A stretch of 64,000 nucleotides of DNA from an uncultured virus (IMG/VR IMGVR_UViG_3300044644_001243) (Duplodnaviria > Heunggongvirae > Uroviricota > Caudoviricetes), in the IMG/VR virus record IMGVR_UViG_3300044644_001243, positions 62,001 to 126,000 of that record; one strand, 5' to 3'. Shown here piece after piece: positions 10,162 through 19,778 of this stretch. The stretch's first letter is position 1, and every line of letters starts with the position of its first letter. The notes beneath the pieces were generated by a model that was not told the origin of the DNA, did not search any database, and saw only the letters and a program-made list of their open reading frames with translations. The position numbers and the translations under genes were made by a program.

Positions 10162-11928
10162 TTATTTCATTTTACCGAATAACCATGCATATTCACCTTT
10201 AGGGTCTTGAACATTTTTATATGCTGCGTGATTAGGGTTTATTTTAGTTTCTGGTTTCTTTGTTTCTGGGTTTATTGTTGTTCTTGTTGGGGATGATTGA
10301 ACATTACTAGAAGTTACCCAACTAGACAAAATTGCCTTTGTCTGTTTTTCTAATCTTTCTAAATTCTTAAATGAATGTTCCATAACCCACAAAGCCATTC
10401 CCAATGACATAAGTAAATCATCATGATAACCTTCCATGTGGTCTGGTCTACCATTTTTATAAATAAATGTTTTCATTTCAGAAATAATTCGACTAGAACG
10501 TATCTTAACAGCATTGGTTCTTATCTTATACTCTAAATTTGAAATCATTGGTAGACGCACGTTTGTTGCGTGGAAACCTGGTATTTTGTTTTGTTTGTTA
10601 TATGATGTCAACTCTCTTTGTCTAGCAGATAATATTTTACCACTAGAATCATCATAATGCAATCTTTTGTATTCAAATTCCAATAGTTTCAATACCGTAG
10701 AAACACCCATACCACCAGTAACATCGACAACTGTATATGCTTTGTATAATTCACCGTATTCTTCAACTATTTGAGCCAATAAATCTGGTTGTATTTTACC
10801 TTGATACTCCATTACTTGTTCCATAGTTGTAAAATCTATGATAACAATAGTTGATGAATCCTCTCCATCACCCCTAGAAACGTCCACACCCATAATATAT
10901 TGATGGTCTTCTTGAGGTTCTTCCCACACCCATATCTCTTGTTCTAAACCACTAGTGAATTTAGGTATCATAACATTGTGTTTCTCATGAAATTCAATAT
11001 ACTCTTCATTGATTACGTTACCCCCAGAACCGATAAATGATACATCAAGCTCTTGTGCAATCATTTTAGCGTCATTATTCATACCCCTACACATTTCTTC
11101 ATACCATGAAGATGTAGGTTTCCAACCTTCGGCTATACGAGCGTTATAAGATGCAAATGTAAATTCATATTCTATTTCAGTGTCATCCCCCTTATACCAT
11201 CTTAAATCCTTATTGTAACGTAAATCTTCATACCATTTCATTTCAATGATGTTGAAGTTGTTCTTTTTGTTTCTAGCTTGGTCGTATGTTTTGTAATACA
11301 ACGCATCCATACCGTTAGGTGTGGAAATAAGCGTTGCTCTACCCCCAGTACCTAATGCTGTAAGTGCAGCACCAAATACTTCGGCACCATTATCAATATA
11401 TGCAGCCTCGTCCATGATTAAGAATGTAGGTGTAAAACCCCTTAATGCATCCTTTGATGTTGCTACCGCTTTTACACGACTACCATTAGGTAATTTGATT
11501 TCTTTTTTAGAATCCGTAAGGAATATAGATTTACCTTCGTTTTTAGCATTACCGTAATATTCATTACCCCAAACCCATCTAGGTAATTGACCTAAAAAGT
11601 CTTTAATTTTAGCTAAGAACTCGAAAGCTAACTCTTGCTTATTGGCAATGATTAGAATCGCTTCTGGGTTATCTGCGTCAGCAAAACCAACTTTTATTGA
11701 CATATAAGCAGCTGTTGTTGTTGATACACCAGCTTGCCTAGGTTTAGTTACGATGTTAAATCTATTCTTTTCGTATGCGGATATAATTTCTTTTTGTCTA
11801 GGAAATAATCTGAAAGGTACGAAACCTTCTTGCGTTTTATCAAACGTCTCCAAATATGTTTCAATAGCATAAATTGGGTTAGTTAAACACCTAGCATATT
11901 CCTTAAATATTTCTTGTCTAGTTAACAT
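10162..11928 (-). CDS. terL: Terminase large subunit, T4 gp17-like
   Basis: Walker A region KPRQAGVST, Walker B LIMDEAA, ISTPNG, nuclease GVDVSRG and HDDLLM. Confidence 0.95.
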   Translation of the reverse strand: MLTRQEIFKEYARCLTNPIYAIETYLETFDKTQEGFVPFRLFPRQKEIISAYEKNRFNIVTKPRQAGVSTTTAAYMSIKVGFADADNPEAILIIANKQELAFEFLAKIKDFLGQLPRWVWGNEYYGNAKNEGKSIFLTDSKKEIKLPNGSRVKAVATSKDALRGFTPTFLIMDEAAYIDNGAEVFGAALTALGTGGRATLISTPNGMDALYYKTYDQARNKKNNFNIIEMKWYEDLRYNKDLRWYKGDDTEIEYEFTFASYNARIAEGWKPTSSWYEEMCRGMNNDAKMIAQELDVSFIGSGGNVINEEYIEFHEKHNVMIPKFTSGLEQEIWVWEEPQEDHQYIMGVDVSRGDGEDSSTIVIIDFTTMEQVMEYQGKIQPDLLAQIVEEYGELYKAYTVVDVTGGMGVSTVLKLLEFEYKRLHYDDSSGKILSARQRELTSYNKQNKIPGFHATNVRLPMISNLEYKIRTNAVKIRSSRIISEMKTFIYKNGRPDHMEGYHDDLLMSLGMALWVMEHSFKNLERLEKQTKAILSSWVTSSNVQSSPTRTTINPETKKPETKINPNHAAYKNVQDPKGEYAWLFGKMK

Positions 11929-12039
11929 AAAATTAATTCAATTTATTAATAAATATGTTCAAACTAAACAAAATCGTTTATTATAAATAAATAAGGGCCC
12001 TAACTAAGGGCCCTTACTATTATTTTATGTTAGTTTAAT

Positions 12040-13344
12040 TTAAAATAATTCACCAATATCAAACCCTTCATCAGTAAAACCATCACCATCGGAATCATCA
12101 TTGTTAGTATCATTCATAAGGTCTTCAATATCAAACCCTTCATCATCGGAATAACCATCGGAATTTGCTTCGTTGTAACTATTAAGTTCGTTCATTGCCT
12201 CTTCTTCTTGTAAACCATGTTTAACTTCATTTACAATATCAGTTATAATTTTTTTACCTTGTTTTGTATTAGCCATTACTTCTTTCATTTTCATGTTAAA
12301 CTCATCTACTGGCAACGCTGATAATTCACTAAACACATGGTGTTTTAAAGAGAAATCGTCAGCTTCAAATAAATTTGTAAAACGAGACCAAAGTGCTGGA
12401 CCTAAACGCATATCCCATGGTTCAGCTGCTAAGAAATCTGCTTTATCAACAACAAACTTACCAATTTTTTTATCTTTTGGTAAACCATGTGCTGAAAGTA
12501 TTTCCATAACACCTTTAACTAATTCATGGATAAGCACTGGGAAAACCATAGCTTGTGCTGTTATAACACATTTAGGGTTTTCACTTGTAGGGAAATCAAC
12601 TCTAACTACACCACCACTAACACCGTTTTCCATATTTGGTATTATGTAATACATGTAATCAGCGTTAGCCATTAGTTTTGAATATTTGTTAGGTAATTTA
12701 GGGTCCAAATCAGATAACTCATCATCAACCATGTGATACATGTGATTACATTTTTTAGCTGAACCTTGTATCATAGCGTTAAGAAATCTACGTTTATAAA
12801 CTTCTTTGTTAGCATTAGTTAATTCATCATGATTCTCAAACTCAACTTCGGAAATAATAGGTCTAGGGTTTTTCTTAGTCCCCTCAATATTGATTTCAGT
12901 TGTTAACTCAGCGTTTATTTCAACAATATCTTCTGACATGTCAAATTCTTCTCTAATCATTTTAACTGCCAGTTCTTCTAACTTCTTTTTGTGTTTTTTC
13001 TCTAACTCAATAGTTTCTTTAACTAAAGGTAATGAATTTCTCATTACATCTGTTTCGTTAACATAGTCACACTCAAATACTCTTTTATATCTTTTAACTA
13101 CTTCAGAAAATCTTTCACCCATTACTTTTTCTTCAAATGATGAATCATCACCTTCTGGCAACGCAGCATTATTACCTAAAGAATGGTTTCTTTTGATTAA
13201 ATCTTCTTCTAATTTAGAATTCATTCTTTCAGAAATATTTTCTGGATAAACAACAGATTCATTCAATCTTTTTTCACCTTTCAATTGCTTACCTAATAAT
13301 GACTTTTTAAGTGCTTCTTCTGCTATTTTTTTATAATTACTCAT
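12040..13344 (-). CDS. Hypothetical protein (putative head-associated)
   Basis: 434 aa ORF with an acidic tail. Confidence 0.8.
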   Translation of the reverse strand: MSNYKKIAEEALKKSLLGKQLKGEKRLNESVVYPENISERMNSKLEEDLIKRNHSLGNNAALPEGDDSSFEEKVMGERFSEVVKRYKRVFECDYVNETDVMRNSLPLVKETIELEKKHKKKLEELAVKMIREEFDMSEDIVEINAELTTEINIEGTKKNPRPIISEVEFENHDELTNANKEVYKRRFLNAMIQGSAKKCNHMYHMVDDELSDLDPKLPNKYSKLMANADYMYYIIPNMENGVSGGVVRVDFPTSENPKCVITAQAMVFPVLIHELVKGVMEILSAHGLPKDKKIGKFVVDKADFLAAEPWDMRLGPALWSRFTNLFEADDFSLKHHVFSELSALPVDEFNMKMKEVMANTKQGKKIITDIVNEVKHGLQEEEAMNELNSYNEANSDGYSDDEGFDIEDLMNDTNNDDSDGDGFTDEGFDIGELF

Positions 13345-13366
13345 TTACTTATTTATTATAACTTTA

Positions 13367-14014
13367 TTATTGTTCTGAACCTTCATCAGTTATTTGTTTT
13401 TTACCAAACACTTTACCTTCATAGAATTTTTTAAATTCTCTTAGATTCATATATTTTTCTTCTTCACTTAATCCGTTCTTAACTAATTCTTGGATTGTTT
13501 TGAATTTTTTAAAACTATTACTTTTTTCATTGACAACATAGTGTTTATATTCAGATAAACCCATTTCTTTTATCTCATCAATATCATCTTTAGCAACATG
13601 TTGTGTGTTTTCTTTCTCTAACATTTCTTTCATTGGTAATGCAACTTCTTTTTCAAAATGCTCAACTTCATAAATGTTTCTGTCCTCTAAACACATAACT
13701 GACAATACAACTTCTTTATTAGGTTTAACCCCTCTAACCATTCTGTAATTTTTGTCACCAATAGCAAATGGTTGTGATATTTTACCAGTTTTGTCATCAA
13801 CCACATTTGATAAATATTTTATTGTTGCTTGGTCTTGTGGTTCAATAACAGCATCAATATCTTCTTCTTCATTGAATAATGAGTCTGGTGTTACTTGGAT
13901 ATCTACTTTTTTACCTTTTAAAGCGTCAACAGTTGATGCTAATTCATTTTTCGGTGTAAAAACAGTAGTACCATCATCTCCTAAAGCTTCTTGTAGTTTA
14001 TTTTTGTTTTTCAT
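13367..14014 (-). CDS. Hypothetical protein
   Basis: 215 aa ORF coupled to the upstream gene. Confidence 0.75.
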   Translation of the reverse strand: MKNKNKLQEALGDDGTTVFTPKNELASTVDALKGKKVDIQVTPDSLFNEEEDIDAVIEPQDQATIKYLSNVVDDKTGKISQPFAIGDKNYRMVRGVKPNKEVVLSVMCLEDRNIYEVEHFEKEVALPMKEMLEKENTQHVAKDDIDEIKEMGLSEYKHYVVNEKSNSFKKFKTIQELVKNGLSEEEKYMNLREFKKFYEGKVFGKKQITDEGSEQ

Positions 14015-14411
14015 GATTATTTTTATTATATTGTAATGTTAGGTCTTTTTCATAAAGTTTAGTTTCAACTACACTTATTGGTTCACCAAATTTAAAGCAA
14101 ATTCGTTTTTCTGGGTAAGAATCATATGCGTTGATGTTTTCCCATGCTAATGCTATAACACCATCTATGGCATCCCAAACAGCAAAAGTATCGCTATCTT
14201 GTATTACATCAAATTTAATTTCAGACTCTAACCTACCAACCTTTTTAATAAAATGGTCGTGTGGTGCTGATGGTCTTCCAGAGGCTGGAAAAGTATCCCA
14301 GTCATCTCCATCAATATCAACTATTGAGTCTGAAAATATAAATTCGTATAGGTAGTTTTCTTTGTAGTCCTTACCTATTTTATTCATGTAAATTAAAAAC
14401 AAATCTTTCAT
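13998..14411 (-). CDS. Hypothetical protein
   Basis: 137 aa; start overlaps the upstream stop (TAATG). Confidence 0.75.
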   Translation of the reverse strand: MKDLFLIYMNKIGKDYKENYLYEFIFSDSIVDIDGDDWDTFPASGRPSAPHDHFIKKVGRLESEIKFDVIQDSDTFAVWDAIDGVIALAWENINAYDSYPEKRICFKFGEPISVVETKLYEKDLTLQYNKNNHEKQK

Positions 14412-16060
14412 TATTTACTTGCTTTTGGGTCTGTTTTTGGCAACGTATTAGGTTCAATAGTATACGGTTTGTTTCTTCTGCTAGGTAAATCATTAGGTTT
14501 AACTTCACTTGGGTTAGGTTTAACTTGTGGTTTAACTTGTGGTTCAACCATTGGCTCTGCATGATTAAAAGTTTCTTGAATTTTCATAGTTAGATATTTT
14601 TTATCAAATATACTACTTTTTATCGATTCTTTCAAGTCTTCACCAACAATTTTTGAAACTGGAGTTGATGACCACATTTTACAAGACCAATATTTAGGTG
14701 TTGTTCTATCTTTAGCTTGTGAACATTTATGTCTAGCTCTAAATGATTTTTTGTTTTTTGGGTTATCTCTTTTGATTTCCATTTTAGGGTCACCAAAATT
14801 AACTTTAACAACATTACCTTTACTGTTTTTAACGTAAACTTTGAATTTTTTAGAATCACCTTTGGTTGGTTTTCCTAATTTAACTTTTCTACCTTGATAT
14901 TCGGCTTCATTCAAATTAATATTCTCAACTGAACCATAATCATCTTCGTAACCACCTTCAGTAGAACCATCGTATTCCAATGCATCTTCATGGTCTTCCA
15001 TATCAACAGATTTCCATGCATCACCACTTTTAGTCTCATTCATTAAGAAATCAAACACTTGGTCCATGTTGTTTTTTGCTTCAGCAATATGGTCAGCAGC
15101 CCAATCATGACCACTATTTAATATTGCCTCAATTTTACCTTCATCTAAATCTAACATCAAACCAGCTTGTCTTCTCATTTGCTCTAAATTACTGAAAAAC
15201 ATATATCTAGTAGGTGATTCTTCACCTTCCATATTTTCATGTGTTTCTGTTAATTCATCCCATGTTTTTTTGTCTGGATAACCTTTATCACCTGGTTTTG
15301 CTGGTGCTTCACCTCTATCATGTTTAGCGTGTATGTTAGCCCATAAACCTTCAGATTCTTCTAACTTTTTTAATCTACAAGAACCTTTTGCACCTTTTTT
15401 AGTTCCAGGTACTCTTTCAGCATTATGCCAACAACCACCATCTTCAAACATGTAATCATTAGATTTTGGTTGAAACATTTCATTTCTTTTTGGTTCATCT
15501 AAGAATAAGTTTTCATAGATTGAAAGTTCTTGTAACCCTTCTTCATCATCAGCAGTATCATCTGGCATGCCACCACCAGTGTCATCACCGAAATCGCCAA
15601 AGTCGCCAGAATCATCGCTGGAATCATCTTGATTATCAGCATTAATATCTTCATTATCTTCACCATCATCACCAGATGTATTAATTTTTTTGATTATATC
15701 TTTTCTATCTTCTTCATCCATTTCAGCAGTGTTTGTTGCTGAAATAACTGAATTAATTGCAAACTTTTCTAACTCAAAATCTGGTTTACCTTGTTCTTTT
15801 GTATAACCTCTAAGTGCTTCACCTAATTTTCCAGAAAGTTGTTGAATGAATTTTTTTGGGTCGGTATCTTCGTCAGCTTCAACACCAGCGTCAAAAGGCT
15901 CATCATCAAATGGCTTATCGTCTTTTACTGGTTCTTCCTCACTACCAAAATCACCAAAACCAGCCTCATCAGCTGGTTCGGAAATAGGTTCAGCTGGAGC
16001 TGGTGCTGCTGGAGCATCAACTTTCAGCTTGTATTTTGTATCTTCGTTTACTTTAGTGCT
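14411..16060 (-). CDS. Acidic putative virion protein; C-terminal part reached by a -1 frameshift from 16048-17142
   Basis: Frame of ORF 14411-15721 stays open upstream without an ATG up to the A10 run at 16060-16069. Confidence 0.7.
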   Translation of the reverse strand, partial: STKVNEDTKYKLKVDAPAAPAPAEPISEPADEAGFGDFGSEEEPVKDDKPFDDEPFDAGVEADEDTDPKKFIQQLSGKLGEALRGYTKEQGKPDFELEKFAINSVISATNTAEMDEEDRKDIIKKINTSGDDGEDNEDINADNQDDSSDDSGDFGDFGDDTGGGMPDDTADDEEGLQELSIYENLFLDEPKRNEMFQPKSNDYMFEDGGCWHNAERVPGTKKGAKGSCRLKKLEESEGLWANIHAKHDRGEAPAKPGDKGYPDKKTWDELTETHENMEGEESPTRYMFFSNLEQMRRQAGLMLDLDEGKIEAILNSGHDWAADHIAEAKNNMDQVFDFLMNETKSGDAWKSVDMEDHEDALEYDGSTEGGYEDDYGSVENINLNEAEYQGRKVKLGKPTKGDSKKFKVYVKNSKGNVVKVNFGDPKMEIKRDNPKNKKSFRARHKCSQAKDRTTPKYWSCKMWSSTPVSKIVGEDLKESIKSSIFDKKYLTMKIQETFNHAEPMVEPQVKPQVKPNPSEVKPNDLPSRRNKPYTIEPNTLPKTDPKASK

Positions 16061-17142
16061 TTTTTTTTTAATTCACCATCTAAAAGTGTATCTAATCTAT
16101 TGATAGATTCTTCTAAACTATGACCATAAGGACCAACATCTGTTTTAACTGAAGACGTAGTTGGTGTTTTTAAAACTCTTAACTTACCTTCTGTGTCATC
16201 CATTAAATTTTTAATGTTTTCATTACCGTTAGAATTACGGTATAAATCTCTATAATAATCTAATACTTTTTCTAATGCATTTACACTCATTGAGTCATGA
16301 ACTTGACTTGAAGACACTGTAATTTCTTCCAACTCAACCCCACCTCTTAATTTAGCGAAATCTTCACCATCAATTTTTGTTGGGTCACCACCTAAAGCAG
16401 CTAAATCTTTTTGTTTATCAGAGTATTCTTTTTCTTCTTCTGCCATTCTATCTATTATTTCTTGAATAGCCATCTCTTCTTCAGTCATTTCCATGTCATC
16501 ACCCATGTATGCTTTATTCCCATGTAAATTACCTTCACCAGTAAAGCCCATACCAAATGCTTCGCTAACGTTTACTTTTTCAAATTCATCAGCAGCATCT
16601 TTATCAGCAACATTGTCACCGAATTGACCTTCTTCTTTACCTTCTTTAGCTTTGTTGGATAACGGAGTACCAGCTTTATCAACAATATATTCTGTATTGT
16701 CACCAACACCTTTAGTAGCACTTAATGAAGCGTTATCTTTCATACCAGTGTGGTGTTCTAATAAATTATCATCTTCAAATACGTTAATATCACCACCTCT
16801 GTTATAAGATTCAGATAATGATTTGAATTTTAAATTTAATTGTTTGATTGCTTTAGCATATGAAGGATAAGCTTCAGATTTTTTGTTTTGTAGACCACCA
16901 ATATATTTGAAATCTTCTAAAACTAAACCAGTTGTTTTGTCAGTTTTTTTGATGTAATATTCATGGTTTTCTCTAACGATAGCATAAGCATTACCATCTG
17001 GACCAACTTTAGTTAATTCAACAGCATGGTTAGATTTATTTTCATTTTCATTCAAAGGTTTAATACCCATAAGTGCTAATTGACGCTCATGAATTTCGTT
17101 ACCTTTAAGACCAATTGGATTGATTAAATTTTTATTTTTCAT
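16048..17142 (-). CDS. Acidic putative virion protein (N-terminal part of the frameshifted gene)
   Basis: 364 aa ending ELKKKALK* across an A10 run. Confidence 0.8.
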   Translation of the reverse strand: MKNKNLINPIGLKGNEIHERQLALMGIKPLNENENKSNHAVELTKVGPDGNAYAIVRENHEYYIKKTDKTTGLVLEDFKYIGGLQNKKSEAYPSYAKAIKQLNLKFKSLSESYNRGGDINVFEDDNLLEHHTGMKDNASLSATKGVGDNTEYIVDKAGTPLSNKAKEGKEEGQFGDNVADKDAADEFEKVNVSEAFGMGFTGEGNLHGNKAYMGDDMEMTEEEMAIQEIIDRMAEEEKEYSDKQKDLAALGGDPTKIDGEDFAKLRGGVELEEITVSSSQVHDSMSVNALEKVLDYYRDLYRNSNGNENIKNLMDDTEGKLRVLKTPTTSSVKTDVGPYGHSLEESINRLDTLLDGELKKKALK

Positions 17143-17158
17143 ATGTTTAATTTGTTTT

Positions 17159-17404
17159 TTATTTAAAAGATGTACTACCTAATATAACATCTTTATTAAC
17201 ACCTAGTAAGTAACATCCAGTACCGCCACTTACAGAATTTATGTTTATATAAATACTTGATGCACCACCCATATTCATAGTTAATCCATTCAAAACAATA
17301 GAACAACCAGAAGGGCCACCATACAATTCAGAATAAGTATGTGCTGTTAAATTGGCAGCATTAGCTGGAACTATTACACTATGTACTTCATTTATTTTTG
17401 CCAT
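17159..17404 (-). CDS. Small beta-rich hypothetical protein (possibly structural)
   Basis: 81 aa; ATATTTAT motif upstream. Confidence 0.7.
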   Translation of the reverse strand: MAKINEVHSVIVPANAANLTAHTYSELYGGPSGCSIVLNGLTMNMGGASSIYININSVSGGTGCYLLGVNKDVILGSTSFK

Positions 17405-17464
17405 TTTATTATATTTAATTATAAATATTGTAAAAAAATAAAAAAAGCACCTTTTGGGTGCTTT

Positions 17465-17665
17465 TTATTTGTCTTTCTTTATTGATATGTATATATCACC
17501 ATACCAACCGAATACTTCATCGTCAAATTCAGTTGATGGTTTAAATTCACTAATATTAATTTCCATTTCTTCAAAATAAGATTCATTTGGAAATCTAACC
17601 TTAACTTTTGTTTTCCTTCTATGGTGAGGAATTAAGTCACTATAATTGTCGCTTCTTTCTGGCAT
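17465..17665 (-). CDS. Hypothetical protein
   Basis: 66 aa ORF followed by the hairpin aaagcacc-tttt-gggtgcttt. Confidence 0.65.
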   Translation of the reverse strand: MPERSDNYSDLIPHHRRKTKVKVRFPNESYFEEMEINISEFKPSTEFDDEVFGWYGDIYISIKKDK

Positions 17666-17678
17666 ATATTTTTAATTT

Positions 17679-18956
17679 TTAATTTGATAATGGTGCTTTT
17701 ATAGTTGGGTGGGCTTTATAACCTATTATTTCAAAATCATCAATCAACCATTGTTCTGGAACAAATGATGGTTCATTATTAAAATGAAGTTTAATATTTA
17801 GTGTAGGTAATGGATATGGTTCTCTAGTTCTTTTGGGTATTTCAAACTCATCACACACTTTTGTGAATTTTTCATCACTCATTCCTTCTTGTAATCTACT
17901 TAAATCCAATTTAGGATTCTCATAACACATACAAACTCTTTCATCAACTCTCAAGTATCTACCAATCTGTTCCATGGCTTGTTCAACATGATTTGAATAC
18001 AAGTGAACATCACCCAAGTTCCCTATTAATTCATCTGGAACCATATTAACTTCTTTTGCAATGATTTCCAATAACAATCCATAAGAAGCAATGTTGAATG
18101 GTAAACCTAAGAATGTATCCACTGAACGTTGATTCCACATTAATGAAATTGCTCTGGTTGGGATATTTAATTTTTCACATTGTTCTATCCAACCTTCTTC
18201 ACTTTGGTTTCCTAAAAATGTATTTAATATTGGTAATACTTTTTTAGCAATAACTTTTCTTTCTTCCAAACTCAATTCTCTTGTATAAACTTGAAATCCA
18301 TAATGACAAGGTGGAAGTACCATTGAATCTAATTCTCCAACATTCCAAGCGTTTACCATCAAACGTCTTGAATCTGGATTGTTTTTAAGGTCATTGATTA
18401 GGTTTGCGATTTGGTCTATCTCATATTCTTTAAAAAATAAACCTCTACCACCTAATAATGGGTCTTCAATATTATCTGTATTTAAAAATGAGTCTGTATC
18501 TATACCACCCCAACTTCTCCATTGCTTACCATATACTGGACCTAAATCACCCCACTTATTAGCAAACTTATCATCTGTTTTGATTTTGTTGATGAATTCT
18601 TCTTGTGTTAATGTTGGTAACTTAATTGATGTAGGCCCAAATCCATCATATTCTGAGGTTTCTATACTATTCCAATAGTTCTTATAAGCATCACCATTCC
18701 AAATATGACAATCATTATCCAAAAGGTATTTGATGTTGGTATCACCACGTAAGAACCATATAAGTTCAGTTATAATACCTTTCATATACATCTTCTTTGT
18801 TGTAAGAAGTGGAAAACCATCACTCATTTTGTGACGAATTTGTCTCCCAAAGACAGAAATGGTACCCGTTCCAGTTCTATCACCTTTCTGAGTACCATTT
18901 TCTAAAATGTCTTTTAATAAATCTGTATAAGTTTTATCTAGATTATTCATGGACAA
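17679..18956 (-). CDS. thyA: Thymidylate synthase
   Basis: DRTGTGT, FPLLTTKK, LGPVYGKQWR, LPPCH, QRSVDTFLGLPFNIASY, GDVHLYSNH. Confidence 0.97.
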   Translation of the reverse strand: MSMNNLDKTYTDLLKDILENGTQKGDRTGTGTISVFGRQIRHKMSDGFPLLTTKKMYMKGIITELIWFLRGDTNIKYLLDNDCHIWNGDAYKNYWNSIETSEYDGFGPTSIKLPTLTQEEFINKIKTDDKFANKWGDLGPVYGKQWRSWGGIDTDSFLNTDNIEDPLLGGRGLFFKEYEIDQIANLINDLKNNPDSRRLMVNAWNVGELDSMVLPPCHYGFQVYTRELSLEERKVIAKKVLPILNTFLGNQSEEGWIEQCEKLNIPTRAISLMWNQRSVDTFLGLPFNIASYGLLLEIIAKEVNMVPDELIGNLGDVHLYSNHVEQAMEQIGRYLRVDERVCMCYENPKLDLSRLQEGMSDEKFTKVCDEFEIPKRTREPYPLPTLNIKLHFNNEPSFVPEQWLIDDFEIIGYKAHPTIKAPLSN

Positions 18957-19410
18957 TTTCTGGTTTTAAATTTTTAACTTTTTCAAAAGTTGAAATTTTA
19001 TCTTTTAATCCAGTTAATGAAGCTGTTGTTACATTACCATTTTTCAAATAGTTGCTGATAATATCACTCATGTTTTGTAACATTTCTTTTACAGCAGCAT
19101 CTGGTGTAATCTGTGATACTTCTAAATCTTTAATTTGTTCTACTTCTTTTAATATTTCAGTTGTGTCAACATTATCCAATTTGCTGCTAGTGTATTTTTT
19201 GATGTTTGTGTTTAACACTGAACCTTGACTATCTGCTGTTTCAAAACGCATGTAATCAGTTGCTGCAACATCAACGTATTTGTATTGGCCTCCATTACTG
19301 AAAATAATTGTTAATTCATTTGTAACAGTGTTGTAAACCGATGCACAAATGTTTGATGACGAATAAATTGCTTTTACGATTCCGTCTTTTTCTTTTCTTT
19401 TTAAAATCAT
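18943..19410 (-). CDS. KTSC domain protein
   Basis: SSNI..YN...L.I.F.NG.QY.Y.DV......F..ADSQG pattern. Confidence 0.75.
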   Translation of the reverse strand: MILKRKEKDGIVKAIYSSSNICASVYNTVTNELTIIFSNGGQYKYVDVAATDYMRFETADSQGSVLNTNIKKYTSSKLDNVDTTEILKEVEQIKDLEVSQITPDAAVKEMLQNMSDIISNYLKNGNVTTASLTGLKDKISTFEKVKNLKPEIVHE

Positions 19411-19426
19411 ACTTTTTTATTTTTAT

Positions 19427-19669
19427 TTATTTTTTATTATGTGTTCTATAAGAATTTATCTCATTTAAATGAAATATTTTTGATGTTTGGATAACTTCTT
19501 TAATCTCTTCATTATATTCTTTCGTGGTGATTACCACGTAGTTACCAGTTATGAACATTCCAGCATCTTCAAATTCAACCTTACTTAACGAAGGCATAAC
19601 TACGTCATTTACAACTGTTTTGACTAACAATTCAACCTTTCTAAAGGTAGGTATAATATTTGAATTCAT
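19427..19669 (-). CDS. Hypothetical protein
   Basis: 80 aa ORF with an upstream TTGACT...TATATTTG promoter. Confidence 0.7.
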   Translation of the reverse strand: MNSNIIPTFRKVELLVKTVVNDVVMPSLSKVEFEDAGMFITGNYVVITTKEYNEEIKEVIQTSKIFHLNEINSYRTHNKK

Positions 19670-19778
19670 TATTTACTTTTTATACAAATATACTAATATT
19701 TATGTTAGAAGTCAAGATTGACTAATTAAAAAATTATATGTATTTTTGCACATAATTAAACTAAATTAAATATAAATT

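Noticed and set aside
10162..18956. Inteins or introns in the terminase or thyA
   Set aside because: The ORFs are continuous and of normal length; thyA has only short loop insertions without intein motifs
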